Assembly: GCF_030144855.1 (NCBI RefSeq)
Contig: NC_082711.1
Coordinates: 175,522,001-175,586,000, forward strand
DNA: 64,000 nt
Direction of reading: 5' to 3'
Source: Hypanus sabinus
Lineage: Eukaryota
Positions within the stretch are counted from its first letter, which is position 1, and each line of letters begins with the position of its first letter. Positions 23,787-36,254 of the stretch are shown one piece after another. The notes beneath the pieces are model-generated. The model worked only from the letters and a program-made list of their open reading frames with translations, did no database searches and was not told the origin of the DNA. The translations under genes were made by a program, and so were the position numbers.

Positions 23787-25376
23787 GTAATGTATGTCGT
23801 GTTGGCATCAGTAATCCTTCCTTGTTGTTATTTCCCTGCAATACTTCAGTAAATCACTTACCAATTTACAGAAAATAAATTGATGAACCTTGATGGACAA
23901 ACCAATAATAAGTAATTTTTTTTACTAACTCAAAGTGGAAACACTTTGTACTTTTTGTGGACGAGTAACTTTCTAGCCTCAATTCTAACTTTGCAAATGT
24001 GACCTTGTGCCCTTTGCCCTGTTATAAACAAGGTTATGTTGCTAAACTGGATACAGAATAATATCCTGGGATGGCATGGTAACGTAGCTGTTAGCATAAT
24101 GCACTTGTAGCACCAGTAACTTAGTTTCAATTCTGCGGCTGTATGAAAGGCGTTTGTAATGTGGGAAGAAACCAAGTGGTCACAAGGAGAATATACAAAG
24201 ACTTTGGTCACATGGGTGTAATTGGGTGGCGCGGGCTCATTGAGCCGGAAGGGTCTGTTACCCTACTGTGTATCTACAATTAAAAATACCTCCCAGAGTT
24301 TCAGCAGGATTCCTTGCTGTGGTCTCAAATTCCTTATGTGTACCTCACTGCTCTGTTTGTCCTTGTTTTCTGTGCATCCATGATATGCCCTGACATTTAT
24401 CACAATACCAGAGCATTGTAACAGCTGCCAAACCCTAGCATGACTAAATTACCTTGGGCAGATATTGTGTATTAACTGGCAATCTCTGGGCTTGATATGT
24501 TACCAAGGAGGTGTTGGAAATCTGCCAAAATATAAACTTTTCCATACAGAGTATTTTGTATTAAAAACCTGTTTGTTTTTCTTCTGTGTTTTTAAAAAAA
24601 AAATTAAAACTCTTGCTGGAAAACTCTGCAGCACTTTTATACCAATTGACTTTTCACAGTGACTTATTTTCTGATTTGTTTTCTTCAAAACTTAACTGCA
24701 GAAGAAGCTATCTTTGTTTCCAGCTGAAATGCAGTTATCCATTAAATATCAATTATTTTCATTCTATTTAAGATGTTTTAATTTGTGGAACAGAGTAATA
24801 AGATGATAGGAGAGGGTTTAGGACAAAGTTATGCCCAAGAAAGCATCTAGTTAGTAGAAGAAATAAAGTATGTGTTTCATTTATACTCATTTGTTCAGTA
24901 ATTTCTTGAACACCCACCCTCTCTACCACTGGTACACCTTGGCTTAAGTGGGCACTATTCATTAAATGTGTTATTGAGACTTCTTGACAGAAGCTTTTAC
25001 CTAGAAGGATGAAGAGCAGGAAGTGCATGACAACAAGTGTCTCCAACTCCCCACCTCTTACATCCCACCACGGATGTGAATGTTTCACTCTTTACCATGT
25101 AGTCAGAACCCTCAAAGATGGGTGTGCTCCATCACAGGCCACAGTGGTTCTAGAAAATGGCCAAAACCATTTTCTGAAGAGAAACCTAAACTGAGCCATC
25201 TGGCCTTTGAAGGTACCAGGCACACGTTAACTTCCCCCTTGCCAAAGGTTATGTTGAAATGAAATGATTATTCCATTTGATATCAGGAAAGATGGGGCTT
25301 TGAAACGCTATAGGTGGATGGGCTCAGTTACACATTTGCAATTATTGTAATCGCCGTTTTTCTTTGACTGTTTTAG

Positions 25377-25538
25377 GGACAGTGCACAGACCGTCAGGAA
25401 TCTCACGATGAGGTAACCATTCTGCAGCAGCCCCTGGCCCTCGGATATTTTGTCTCGACAGCTAAGGCTGGGCCACTTCCTGATTGGTTTTGGTCGGCCT
25501 GCCCTCAAGCACAGAATCAATGTCCACTTTTTCTCAAG
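25377..25538 (+). CDS. MED13: MED13 coding exon (not shown in the ORF track)
   Basis: tttAG|GGA...AAG|GTaagt; [54 protein letters not shown]. Confidence 0.96.
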
Positions 25539-26017
25539 GTAAGTCAAGTGTCTATTTGTTTTTTAGCAAAACCTGTAGAGCCTGAAAATCATTCAGCGTA
25601 CCTGTGTAGGAAATGGCAAATGCACTTTACCAATTGCTCAGTCAATGCTCGCTCTTTGTTGTGTAGAATTTTTGAAGAATCTAGCTCGTTAATTTTTAAG
25701 CTGAGTTTGTTTTCTAACATTTGATCCCGGGTTTTGCTGGGTGTGGGCTTTTCCACTTGGGTGGGGGGGGGGGAACACTTCTGCTGATAATTTAGTGCAC
25801 TTAACTAATTTTGTTTTTCATTTCCTCAATGCTTACCATTCAAAAATATTTGGAACAAAATCTGATAAAATATTCCAGCTCTGGCCTTGGAGAATTGCCA
25901 CCATAGTGGTGTCATATGCGAAGCTCAGTTTTTCCCAAGTTCCAGTTGCTGCTGTTTATTTTCCCCAACATCTATGGCAAATGTTGGAGGGAGGGCACCC
26001 TGCTTTTACTGTAACCA

Positions 26018-26130
26018 ACATGTACAACAGGCTGGAGGAACTCAGCAGGTCGGGCAGCATCGTTGGAAATGAGCAGTCAACGTTTTGGGCTGAGACCCTT
26101 CGTCACCTGTCCCTACACAGCCCTCCACTA
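26018..26130 (-). mobile_element. Family-B terminal-repeat mini-insert with decayed hammerhead core
   Basis: 15-bp TSD CTTTTACTGTAACCA at 26003 and 26131; - strand reads gTGACGA-aGGGTctcaGCCC-aAAAC-GTT-gactg. Confidence 0.75.
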
Positions 26131-26820
26131 CTTTTACTGTAACCATTCTGTTGGCAGAAGATTCAAGATTGTTTGTTTTTTTCCCCAGTACATAAGTGTA
26201 AAGGTGAACAAAATAATTGTTACTCTGGATGCAATGCAGTACAGAAAATCACAATGAAATAAAGAACACAAAAAACATGATAAATATAAATATAAATAAA
26301 ATTTTATGTCCATTAAATGATGCTAGGCACAAGAGTGTCTATACATAAGGTGTCTGGAAATGATAAAAGTGGTGGGGGTCCTTGTGCTATTTATTTATTT
26401 TATTAATACTTCTAATTAAGTTTGGGGCAAGTAATGAGTGAAAGTAAAATTTTGCTGATATCTAATTTGATGACTTCAGAATCAATTAACGTGTAACTTT
26501 GTGCAAGGAAGTTGAAGCTGCCAATAGGTGCTGCCATCTGGTGTTAAGGATGGTACTACAATAATATGTTGAGGTGGTCTCAAACAGATGCAGATACTGG
26601 AATCTGGAGCAACTAACAACTTACTGCAGGGACTTAGTAAGTTGAGTGCCATTAATGGGAGGAAATAAACTGTTGATGTCTTTGGCCAAAACCTTGCATC
26701 AGATATCAGGGTTATGACCTGAAACATCGTCAGTTCCCTTCCTCCCACAGATGCTGCTCGACCCATTGAGTTTGACCCACAATCCAGCAGATTGTATGTT
26801 ACTTCTGTATATTCCTCTAA

Positions 26821-26955
<135 letters not shown>

Positions 26956-27176
26956 TAAGGAATACTACATTATTCTGAAATTATGTTAAAATTAAATTTG
27001 CAACATTGGTGTTTGTTCAGATCCTTTTGTGCATCCAGATATTTTGTAATTGAATTGTAATTTCACACAAATGCCCTTTAATGTGGATTGTATATGATAA
27101 TTAATTGGGAGTCACAGACTTGCAATGAAACCTTCATCGAAAACACCACTTGTCCATATCCCTGGTGTCATTTTAT

Positions 27177-27460
27177 GGGCGCCACAGTAGTGTAATGGTT
27201 AGCATTGATGCTGTTGCAGCTTGGGAAGTTAGACTTCAATTTTGACATCCTCTGAAAGGAGTTTACACGTACTCCCCCTGCTCATGTGTGTGTTCTCAGG
27301 GTGATCAGTTTCCTCCCACTGTCCGAAGATGTACTGGTTAATTAGGTTAAATATTCATTGTAAATTGTCCGGTGATTAGACTAGAGTTAAATAGTTGGGT
27401 TGTTGGGTGGTATGGCTCATTGATAAAAAGGGCCTGTTCTATGCTGTAGCTCTAAATAAA
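27177..27460 (+). mobile_element. V-SINE-like element
   Basis: tRNA-like head (tagtgtaatggttagc), V-core (tttcctcccactgtccgaagatgta), A-rich tail. Confidence 0.7.
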
Positions 27461-27769
27461 ATGAATAAAAACAAGTTTTCATTAATGTTATGCATAATAT
27501 ATTCAGCATCTCATAGAAATTGGCCAGTCACATTTTTGATCTGCAGGATGTTAGATTATCAACTGATCTGCACACAAAACTGCATTGTAAAGGCAATTAA
27601 GTGAAACATTTGTGTATTTCAGGTTTATGCTCAGTTAGTTTTTAATGTTATTTTTTCTGTAGCAGCATTGCAATTTATGAAGTGTTGGCATGCTGTTTAC
27701 CTTGTAGATGTTCTTGTTTGTAGTGTTTATAAGTGGAGTTTCATATTGTAAAATTTCTTCAAATGCCAG

Positions 27770-27902
27770 GTTTGTTCTCGAACAGTACAACGCTCTTTCC
27801 TGGCTCACCTGTGACCCTGCCACTCAGGATCGCCGCTCCTGCCTCCCCGTTCATTTTGTGGTGCTGACGCAGCTGTACAACTTCATCACGAGCATGTTGT
27901 AG
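27770..27902 (+). CDS. MED13: MED13 terminal coding exon
   Basis: gccAG|G TTT...; [43 protein letters not shown] is the MED13 C-terminus. Confidence 0.97.
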
Positions 27903-30900
27903 ATCAGGCGAAGAAGTGGCCAGAGATTCGGGAAAACTCTTAGAAAAGGGATGTCGTTTGAGAGCAGGATTCTGTGGGAAGGGAAGTGGACGATACTCAT
28001 GGACAAAATGGAGAGATTCATGAAATTGGGTCTGAAGCACCTGAGGGTGTCCCCCCACCCCCACAACCCCCGTAATTGCTTGATGGGTTTTAAAGCCACA
28101 GGCAGTTATCCAAAAAATGCCTGCATCTTAATTTATTGTAAGTTTTTAAATGTTGTATAAATTGTCTTATATTTTGTATTTTTTTTAATTTTTCAAGAAG
28201 GTTTATATTACCTTCAGGCTTTAAAGCATTTGTTGTACTAAAATATCTATAATCGTCTTAAGAGTTTGCAGTAGGTTGCTATAAAGTCAGGAGCAAGAGC
28301 AGCAGATATCTATTGGCTCAATGTACATTTAGTAGGGGCAGGAGTTAGTGTCAGCCACATCTTGTGTGGTGAAAACGCAGCAAAGCTGCCAGTGCAGAGT
28401 ACTTGTACAGTAAATAAAGTATGTTCACTGTGTTTATAACTGAGAAAAGGACATCTTAAGCATTTCCTATCATGCATTTTTGAAGCCAGGGATAAAAGGG
28501 GAGGTGTGTGGGGGGGGGGGGGGGAGTGTTCAACAGGTAGCAGGGCTGAGAAGACGAATGCTCTAGCTGGGTCAGTCCCTGTGGCCTGTCTATTTGTATA
28601 TATAAAAAAAATCAGTAACTTTAATTTGTTACTACTGTATAAAATTGTGCAGAATGGTAACTAAATTTTGTAGCAACATAATTTTTTTCCAAAATTGAAT
28701 CAATGCAAAGCAGGTGTGATGGTCTGTTGTAGTGTTAAGGTTTCTAGGCCCCAGACTTTTTATCATTGTCTGAACTTTATGACGGCTTTAGAGAATGGAC
28801 CGCTTGACTGATCCAGGTACCATCTTTGTGAAAATTACACACGTATGCTTTTTCTTGTTTTGGTCCTCCATTAATTATGATTCACTGGTGAGCACATCTG
28901 ATAATTTAACACACACCCCATTGCTCCATGGTTTACTTTTGTATGAAATGTCTTTTTTTCTCTACTGTTAATTAATTACTGCAGACATTTTAAGATTTGG
29001 AATACTGAAAATTATTGGGACATTTAGAACCTTTATAAAGCATTCAATTGTGGGTAACATAGATTCAAATAAATGGCCTCTCAGGTTAGCAACAATTTGA
29101 AAATAATAGTGACAGAAGATGGTTGGCTCAACATTTGCCTCGTATGCCCTTGCATCTCCACATTTCCCATTGTCATGTTACATTCTGAACTTAAAAGAAA
29201 TTTTATTTTCTTTGAGGTAAATTTTTTCAAATAATCTCTGGTCAAGTTGCTATGTAGACTCAGTGCCTTTTTTCTAAACAACTCCAATTCCATTTTTATA
29301 CATTCACAAGGTAAAATTTACATTTCAATAAAAGGATCTAAAGGGTCAAATAGTATAATGATATAAATAGTTTGAAGCTAAACTAAGTGATGAATTTCCG
29401 TTTAGGAAGTTAAATTCAAAACCACCTTCAGAGATTAGCTTGCCTGCAATATAATTTGTGGGAAGAAATTCTTATGACAATTTATCTCAGTTGATCTTCT
29501 GTAGTAGTGTTGAACAGGTTGAATAGAGACCGGTTGTAGGTCCTGACATTAGGACTGGACCACGCTATGCAAATATAATTAGCTTCCCATTTAGAAAAAT
29601 AATTTTTAAAAAATTTTACCATTACAATCCCTGTGCCTGCCCGAAAGGTACAGATGGTTTTGAGACACTCCTGTCAGGGGTGATGCCGTAGGATTTCCAC
29701 ATGGGAAGGAAACTAATTATAGCTGAGTAATGTCTCAAATAATTTGTTGGAGAATTTGCAGTAAGTATGTGCAGGTGTAAATTTTTGAACTTGTGGCTCT
29801 AATACAAACTCTCTACCATGTGGTGACTGTATAGACGGTAACTAGTCAGAGATGTATTGGTCTTAGCAGCAGGAAAACACCAGTTTTGAATTGATAGAAA
29901 TTTTAAAATTCTAACAAGTATACAAATATGCCACCAGAAACCATCAGAAAAAGAACTTGCCAATTAAGTGAGAGTCTGCTGCAGGAATATGCAATTCAAA
30001 AAAGTGTTGCCTAACTTCATAGGTAATTCTTGCTAGCATTTTCAAAAGGCTGATTTTTGCCAGAGGTATTGAGTGACCAAAATTCAAGGACTAATTTGCC
30101 CTTGTCAAGATGATTTCAGTAAGATGTTGATTATTTGTGTATTAACATTTGATCAAATCTGTTCCCTTTATGGCTGGGTGTAGTAGGAGCACATTTCTTT
30201 CTGGTAATGTAAACAGGTTTGGCTCATCAAGTGAAAACCTGAATAGCACTTTATGCTTGTTTAATCCTTGGGAAAGTATGCATGGCATAAATTCTGGAAG
30301 ACAGCTGAGACTTGAAGCCTTTTACATCACAGTTTAGCCTTTATAAGTTTCACAAGGGTGGCTTTTCTGAAGGTAACAAGTAAATGATAAACATATGAGA
30401 TAATGTTTAACTCAAATGCTCTTAATTACTAAGACTTGGGGAAAATGTGCGGCAGGGAGATGTCAGTTGTTGGCAATTTTTTTTAATAAATAAGAAAATG
30501 TACATAGCTTTTAAAGCTGTGTGTAGCAATTTAGAGGCCTTCAAGAAATAGTTGATAGGAGTTTCATAAGAATTTATTAGTACAATAATCGTGTTCCAAG
30601 ACTGCATTAGTACTGTAAAAGTTAAAACTCCAAGTCATCAATCACTTTTTCAAAATTCTCTTTAACTCTTTCCTTCTCTTGGGTGTTGTGCTTGCCACTG
30701 TGTGAGCCTTTGTACCAGTGGACATTCACTTTTGAAGACTGTGAGCATGTGGTGAATTTATGAAAGAGCATTTGCCCTAACCCCATACCCTAAAACCGTC
30801 CTCTTTTCAAAGTACACTTAAGTTCATTAGTGTAAACCCTTAATATAAATAAGCCCACTACCTACAATGCCAAACATTAAAGTTTTGCCAAAATTTCACA

Positions 30901-32640
30901 AAACACTTTTTGTAGTTTGAATTATGACCCTTCTTTGGAATAGTCCTCTTAATGATAGGAGATAATTTATAAAACAATCATTACAGTTTCAGGGTACCAT
31001 TCAACTAAAAATGCTTTGTTGAGTGGCAATAGCACTCTGGTTCCTGTTCTTTCCCTGTGACCAGTCTTTGATGTCTACAACAGCATAGAAACAGAGTATT
31101 TGACTTGCCCTGTTTATGCTGACCATTATGCCCATCTTATCCCATTTGACTGTATATATTCTATAGATACTGAATATAGATATTGCTATAGATGACTGAA
31201 CATGTTCTTGGGCATTGTGACATTAGCAAATAGTAATACCAACACAATTTATTGCTTTCTTTTAAAAAGGTAAACTATCTTTTTCCCTATCCAAAATTAT
31301 GTTCATTTTAAAATTTGTCCCCAGCCAACTCTTTCCTGAAAAATAGGTTCTTTAAGTAATTCAGAGAGTAGTTGGTAGGATACAATCCAAATGGTTGTAC
31401 CTTATCACAGAAGTGGTCACCACAGAGGGTGATGGGAACACCACAGAGTGAACTTTGTGGTACTAAGTTGACCATGGTACATCTGTTACGACATTGGCTG
31501 CTTGTTTGAAATGATCAGAAGTGAATCGACTGTTAACTCTTAACTTTTTTCCAATGATGTTGCTTGACTTGGCCCAAACCTAAAATTTCTTTCAAAATTT
31601 GCTTAAATAAATTAAAAACTGGTAACTATATAACAAATTAGATTTGTTTTCTGTCATATTTAGTTCTTAATAATAGCATTTGTGGGTTTAGAGAAACTGC
31701 TGTTTTAATTGAAAAATATTTATCCACATATCCCTGCCTGACTCTTACTGCAGTTATATTCAGTGGTGTTCTTGAAATCTGGTGCATATGCATAATCTGG
31801 TGGTTATATGATAGTATTAAGTTGAAAAGGATATCTTCATTAAATGGAGTTTCACCACAGTGCAGGCTTTCTACTGTTACCCACAATTTATTGCTAAGTT
31901 TATTCTCCAGTGTGGAGAAGAGCAATCATTGTAACTGGGTCATCATGATTTAAGGTATGATTGCCTGCAGACAATACTATTCTGGATACTTCCAGCAGTT
32001 TTACAAACCTATGATCCCTACGGGAATCTGTAGTCTCTTCCCAGTTCAGATATTTTCCTGGTCATGCTCAAGCCAGATCTGAAAGTGGTCCATTTGATTG
32101 TGCAAACACTAGTAATCCCAGTGCTTAAATAATGCATTGCTTCAAAGTTTTTTTGTCTTATTTAAATTTCATAATTTAATCTTTTTTGTCAAAATATTTA
32201 TAGATTTTTGAGCTGAATTGCAGTAGATTTAAAAAAACTCAAATTTTATTAATTGTTGGATTTTACAGAGTTGATGCCTTGCTTATTTTTAAAGAGATAA
32301 AATATTGGGAGAACAATGTCATGTTTTACTGAAAAGTTGGTTGCCTGTAACAGCTGGGCAAGCAGTGATGAAAGCCCAGATGTAGTGACGAATGGTCCAT
32401 TTTTTTCCCTTGGTGTCTTGTTTTGGTATAAAACATCCTGCTTGCAAAGCTGCAGCTGTACTTCCTTTCAAGTCTTTCAATGAATTATGAACAAATTTTA
32501 GTCTGGAGATCGTGGCAAACACTAAAAGCTACATACAGTCCAAAAAGCTTAAAGTACAAATTATGGTTGAATTGTTGAAAAAGTTTATACTTTTTAAACA
32601 TTTTCAGATGAAAATAAATAATTTATTCATAATATTGGTG
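27903..32640 (+). other. MED13: Putative MED13 3' UTR (end uncertain)
   Basis: AT-rich and free of recognisable repeats; AATAAA at 28413, 29327, 30485 and about 32613; repeats resume near 32800. Confidence 0.6.
28254..28261 (+). promoter_or_regulatory. miR-208-family 8mer target site (CGTCTTAA)
   Basis: Complement of seed UAAGACG plus A1; context ctaaaatatctataatCGTCTTAA resembles the mammalian MED13/THRAP1 site as I recall it. Confidence 0.8.
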
Positions 32641-33129
32641 TGACACTCCTTTGTCATTTTATTTACTTATTCAGGTTTATTCACTTATCTGGATGTGCAG
32701 TTAGGACTAAGAGGTAGAGATGACAGGATTAATTATCTAACAAATACTGCTTGCTGTATTAGTTCCAGTGAGAAGATGGATTAATCATTAGTGGTGATAG
32801 TTGATTAGCAGAACTGGAACAGTTATTAGTCCTTGACCCTGCTCCACCATCTAGCACAATTTGCAATTATGGCTGATCTATGACATACTTTTCCTCCATC
32901 ATCTTCTCCCCTGCACCCCCCTGCCCCCACCCCCAGTATTCCTCAAAACACTTTTGTACTCAAAATCAATCTTGACTGGACCCTATTGTTTTAAACCTCA
33001 CTTGTAATTCTGTAGGTCTTTTCACTAAAAAGAAAAGCTGCTGTAGCAATTTTACACATTGCTTGAATAATGACTTCAACACTGATGTGAATATCAGTAG
33101 CAATGCATCATACACTACTCTCTGATGTC

Positions 33130-33850
33130 ATGTCTGGTTCTAGTTAGATGGCAGCACACTCAGCTGCATCGGCCTCTCCAGGACCAGCTAAAGGTGTTTT
33201 TGTTTTATTTAAATGTCCTTTTTTTATGCTCGCAAGACCCTGCTGGTCGTGAAGAACTTTAAGCACTGCAGGTCTACCCCATCAGTGAGTTGCTCGATAG
33301 AGGGGGAGCTGGAGGAGTTGTATTTGGTGCAGACCATTTTGCTGCCTGCTAAAGAAAGCTGTTGGAGTCAATTCACAAAGTTGCTGATTGTCTTAAGACA
33401 TTTTTCTTGTTGTAAGACCCTGTTGGACATTAGTAATGTGAAACACCGCAAGTCTGACTCACTGGTTTATTGCAGCGACTGACTGTGCATGGCCTTGGTT
33501 GTAGCATGGACTATTCCTCGTGGCGGTGTTGTCTATTGCAGCTGCTCAGGAGGGAAGAAACTGGAAGTGTTGAGCTGTCTAAACTGGCTTGGGGGAAGAC
33601 TGCTCCTGTCGGTGCTGCTCTCCAGTATTCACTCAGTGGAAGGCAAGCTGGACTGCGTATGTACACGCGTTCATCTGTGGAAACTGAGAGCTTGTTCTTG
33701 CTGAGCACATCCGTGCACCACCAATCTACAGGCCATCTCACTTAGAGACTTGGGTGATACGATTTCTTTTTCGGGACTGTTTTGCAGCTTGACCCCAGAG
33801 GAACGCTGTTTCATATGACTATTCATGTCTGGTTGAACGATTATTAAACA
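33130..33850 (+). mobile_element. Rex1-like-derived short element (second copy)
   Basis: Similar to 400-1050; LLSVLLSSIHSVEGKLD resembles the start of a Rex1-type endonuclease. Confidence 0.55.
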
Positions 33851-35834
33851 AATATGATTTTTTCCTGTTGCCTCGGTAGTGAAGGCCTGCAGCCAATGGT
33901 CACAGACTGGAGTTTTCTTCTATGTTGTATACTTTGAAGTGAGTGAAAGAGATTTCAATATTGTATGCAATCTATTCTCAGCTCTCACAGAATCTGAAAA
34001 GATGCTAAAAGGAGAAGAAAATCTGCAGCTGCTGGAAATCAAATAATACACACAAAATGCTGGAGGAACACAGTAGGCCAGGCAGCATCTATGGAAAAGT
34101 GTAAACAGTCAACCCAACCACCTTCCCATTATACTCACCTTACCTGCCCATCACCTCCCTCTGCTTCTCCTTCCCCTTCTCCAGTCCTTTATCTCTTTCA
34201 CCAATCCACTTCCCGGCTCTTTACTTCACCCTCCCCCTCCCGGTTTCATTTATCACTAACTACCTTGTATTACACGTTCTCCTCCCCATCCACCTTCTAA
34301 TCTCTCTCTTCCAGTCAAGGGTGTCAGTGCAAAATGCTGTTTACTCTTTTTCCATAGATGGTGCCTGGCCTGCTGTGTGCTAAGGAGATTATGGGGGAAA
34401 AAATCATTTCAGATCAGGTTGCCAGCTAGAAGAGAAAGACACCAAATCTCACAGCAATTCATGGCATCTAACCACATCAAAGCTGCTCTGCTGCCAAGGT
34501 CAAGTACATCCTCCCTGTGCTTGGTGTGAAGAACGTTCAGTTGTATTTTCACTGGGTCTTAACATTATTGCTGAACTTTTGTTCCCTTATGCTCTTGTCC
34601 AGCCTCAACGGTGTATTGTGTTCAGTTCTTCTGGGCTCATCGTACGAAGGGATGTGGAGAGAATCCAGAGGAGATCTGAGGATGGTTCCTCAGGTGAGGG
34701 AATACAATTACGAGGATAGATTAGAGAGTGCAACTGTTTCCTAAGGAGAAAAGTGGAGGGGAAATCTGATGCGATACACAAAATGAGTTAGTCACTTTAG
34801 CACAGCTGAAATTTTCCTCTGGCAGGAGGGAAAAATTTTGCAACAGTGCTGGAGGAATCCTTCAGGTCAGGCACCATCTCTGGAGAAAAATGAACAGTCA
34901 AGAGTTTGAACCAAGATTTTGCATGAGACCCAGTGCCACCCATATTAAGAACGTGGGATCCGGAAATTATACAACTATTGTGTAACAATGGCAGCAGCCC
35001 CCTTTGTTAGTAGCTCTCCTGCTATATTTAAAGGGATACTGTAACATTGGGAGACTTGGGTCGTTACTGTCAAGACATAACTACAGGTTCCTCAATTGCC
35101 TCAACACCACAGTGTACTACTTTTCTAGGAATTACCTGTTAAGATACATGTTTAATGGTTGCCTCAGCATTTCACACAGCTGACACTCCACTGCTGGAGA
35201 TGTTGCAACCACAGCAGCCCAGAAAGATGGGCTGTTAATTTCAAGTATGAAAGTTACAGATCTCTTCTTTATCTCCTACCTTACTGTATCAATTATTTAA
35301 TTATCAATTACTGCTAGACTCTGATGTGGAAAACATGACAAGTGCACTGGTGGCATCTTAGCTGATTCACCAATAAGCCCATAAAAGAAAACTGCATACA
35401 CAGAAAAATAGTTTGCCATAGACCAGAATGGTCAAAGGCTGCGCTGTAGTGTCCTAGTCTGCAAGCTTTAATAAAATACCAATTAGGCAATTCTATTAAA
35501 TAATCTAAATAGTCACATCATCCAAACAAACACCAGAACTAAGAGATGTAGCAGTGATCTGCTGATTTTAGGTGATGGGTCAATAGTAGTGCTAATGGGT
35601 TACTTGGAAACTATGATAATGGAAAATAACGGACTACTTCTGATAGCGTCACAGTCCATTTCTTTCTCTCGTTTGGTTATTATATTTTTCTCCCAAGGAC
35701 AAAGTATGAGGGTGGGAAAGGGATGTTAGATTGAGGTAAAAAGGAACAATTATCAAATGATCAGCATATTCTTATGGATGTACTGTACGACATGGGTAAT
35801 AAGCACTAATTTAAAATGTAAATGGACAATTTTT

Positions 35835-35840
35835 TTTATT
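35835..35840 (-). promoter_or_regulatory. Candidate INTS2 polyadenylation signal (AATAAA on -)
   Basis: TTTATT on +, about 240 nt after the INTS2 stop codon. Confidence 0.55.
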
Positions 35841-36075
35841 ACAAAGCAATCTAAGTTGCAATTTGCAGAAAATTGAAGTCAGATTTATAAAGATATTAAA
35901 ATGTCCATTTCTTTTTCAGGACAATAGGTCCAGCTCGGTCTCTGGCTGTAATTGAAAATCCATTCTGTATTTGGATTTATACAGAGCACAGCACCTATGT
36001 TTCTGGCGAAAACTGTTCCGTCACTCACCAGTCTCATTTCATGTTAGCTGTTGCAGCGTTAGCTTCATTCTAGTA

Positions 36076-36254
36076 CTAGACTCCAACGACAGCTGTATTT
36101 ATTATTTCTAAGAAAGTTGCTTCGATGCGCTGGCACAAAAGCACGTCAGGGTCCAAACTCTCGGTAATATTCTCCCCCTTTTTAATCACCTCCAGATCTG
36201 TACTCGAGTAGAAGTTGGCACTTGCGTGAGGGTTCTCTTTTAGATTCTTGAGAC
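36076..36254 (-). CDS. INTS2: INTS2 terminal coding exon (not shown in the ORF track)
   Basis: ttcctAG|GT CTC...; LKNLKENPHASANFYSSTDLEVIKKGENITESLDPDVLLCQRIEATFLEIINTAVVGV*, similar to the INTS2 C-terminus. Confidence 0.92.

Noticed and set aside
27177-27250. tRNA-like heads of SINEs as tRNA genes
   Set aside because: They are degenerate and joined to SINE core and tail; no cloverleaf
29263-30617. Other miRNA seed matches in the UTR (GTGCCTT miR-124-type at 29263, GTACTGTA miR-101-type at 30610)
   Set aside because: Single 7-8mers are expected by chance in 4.7 kb, and I cannot assess their conservation
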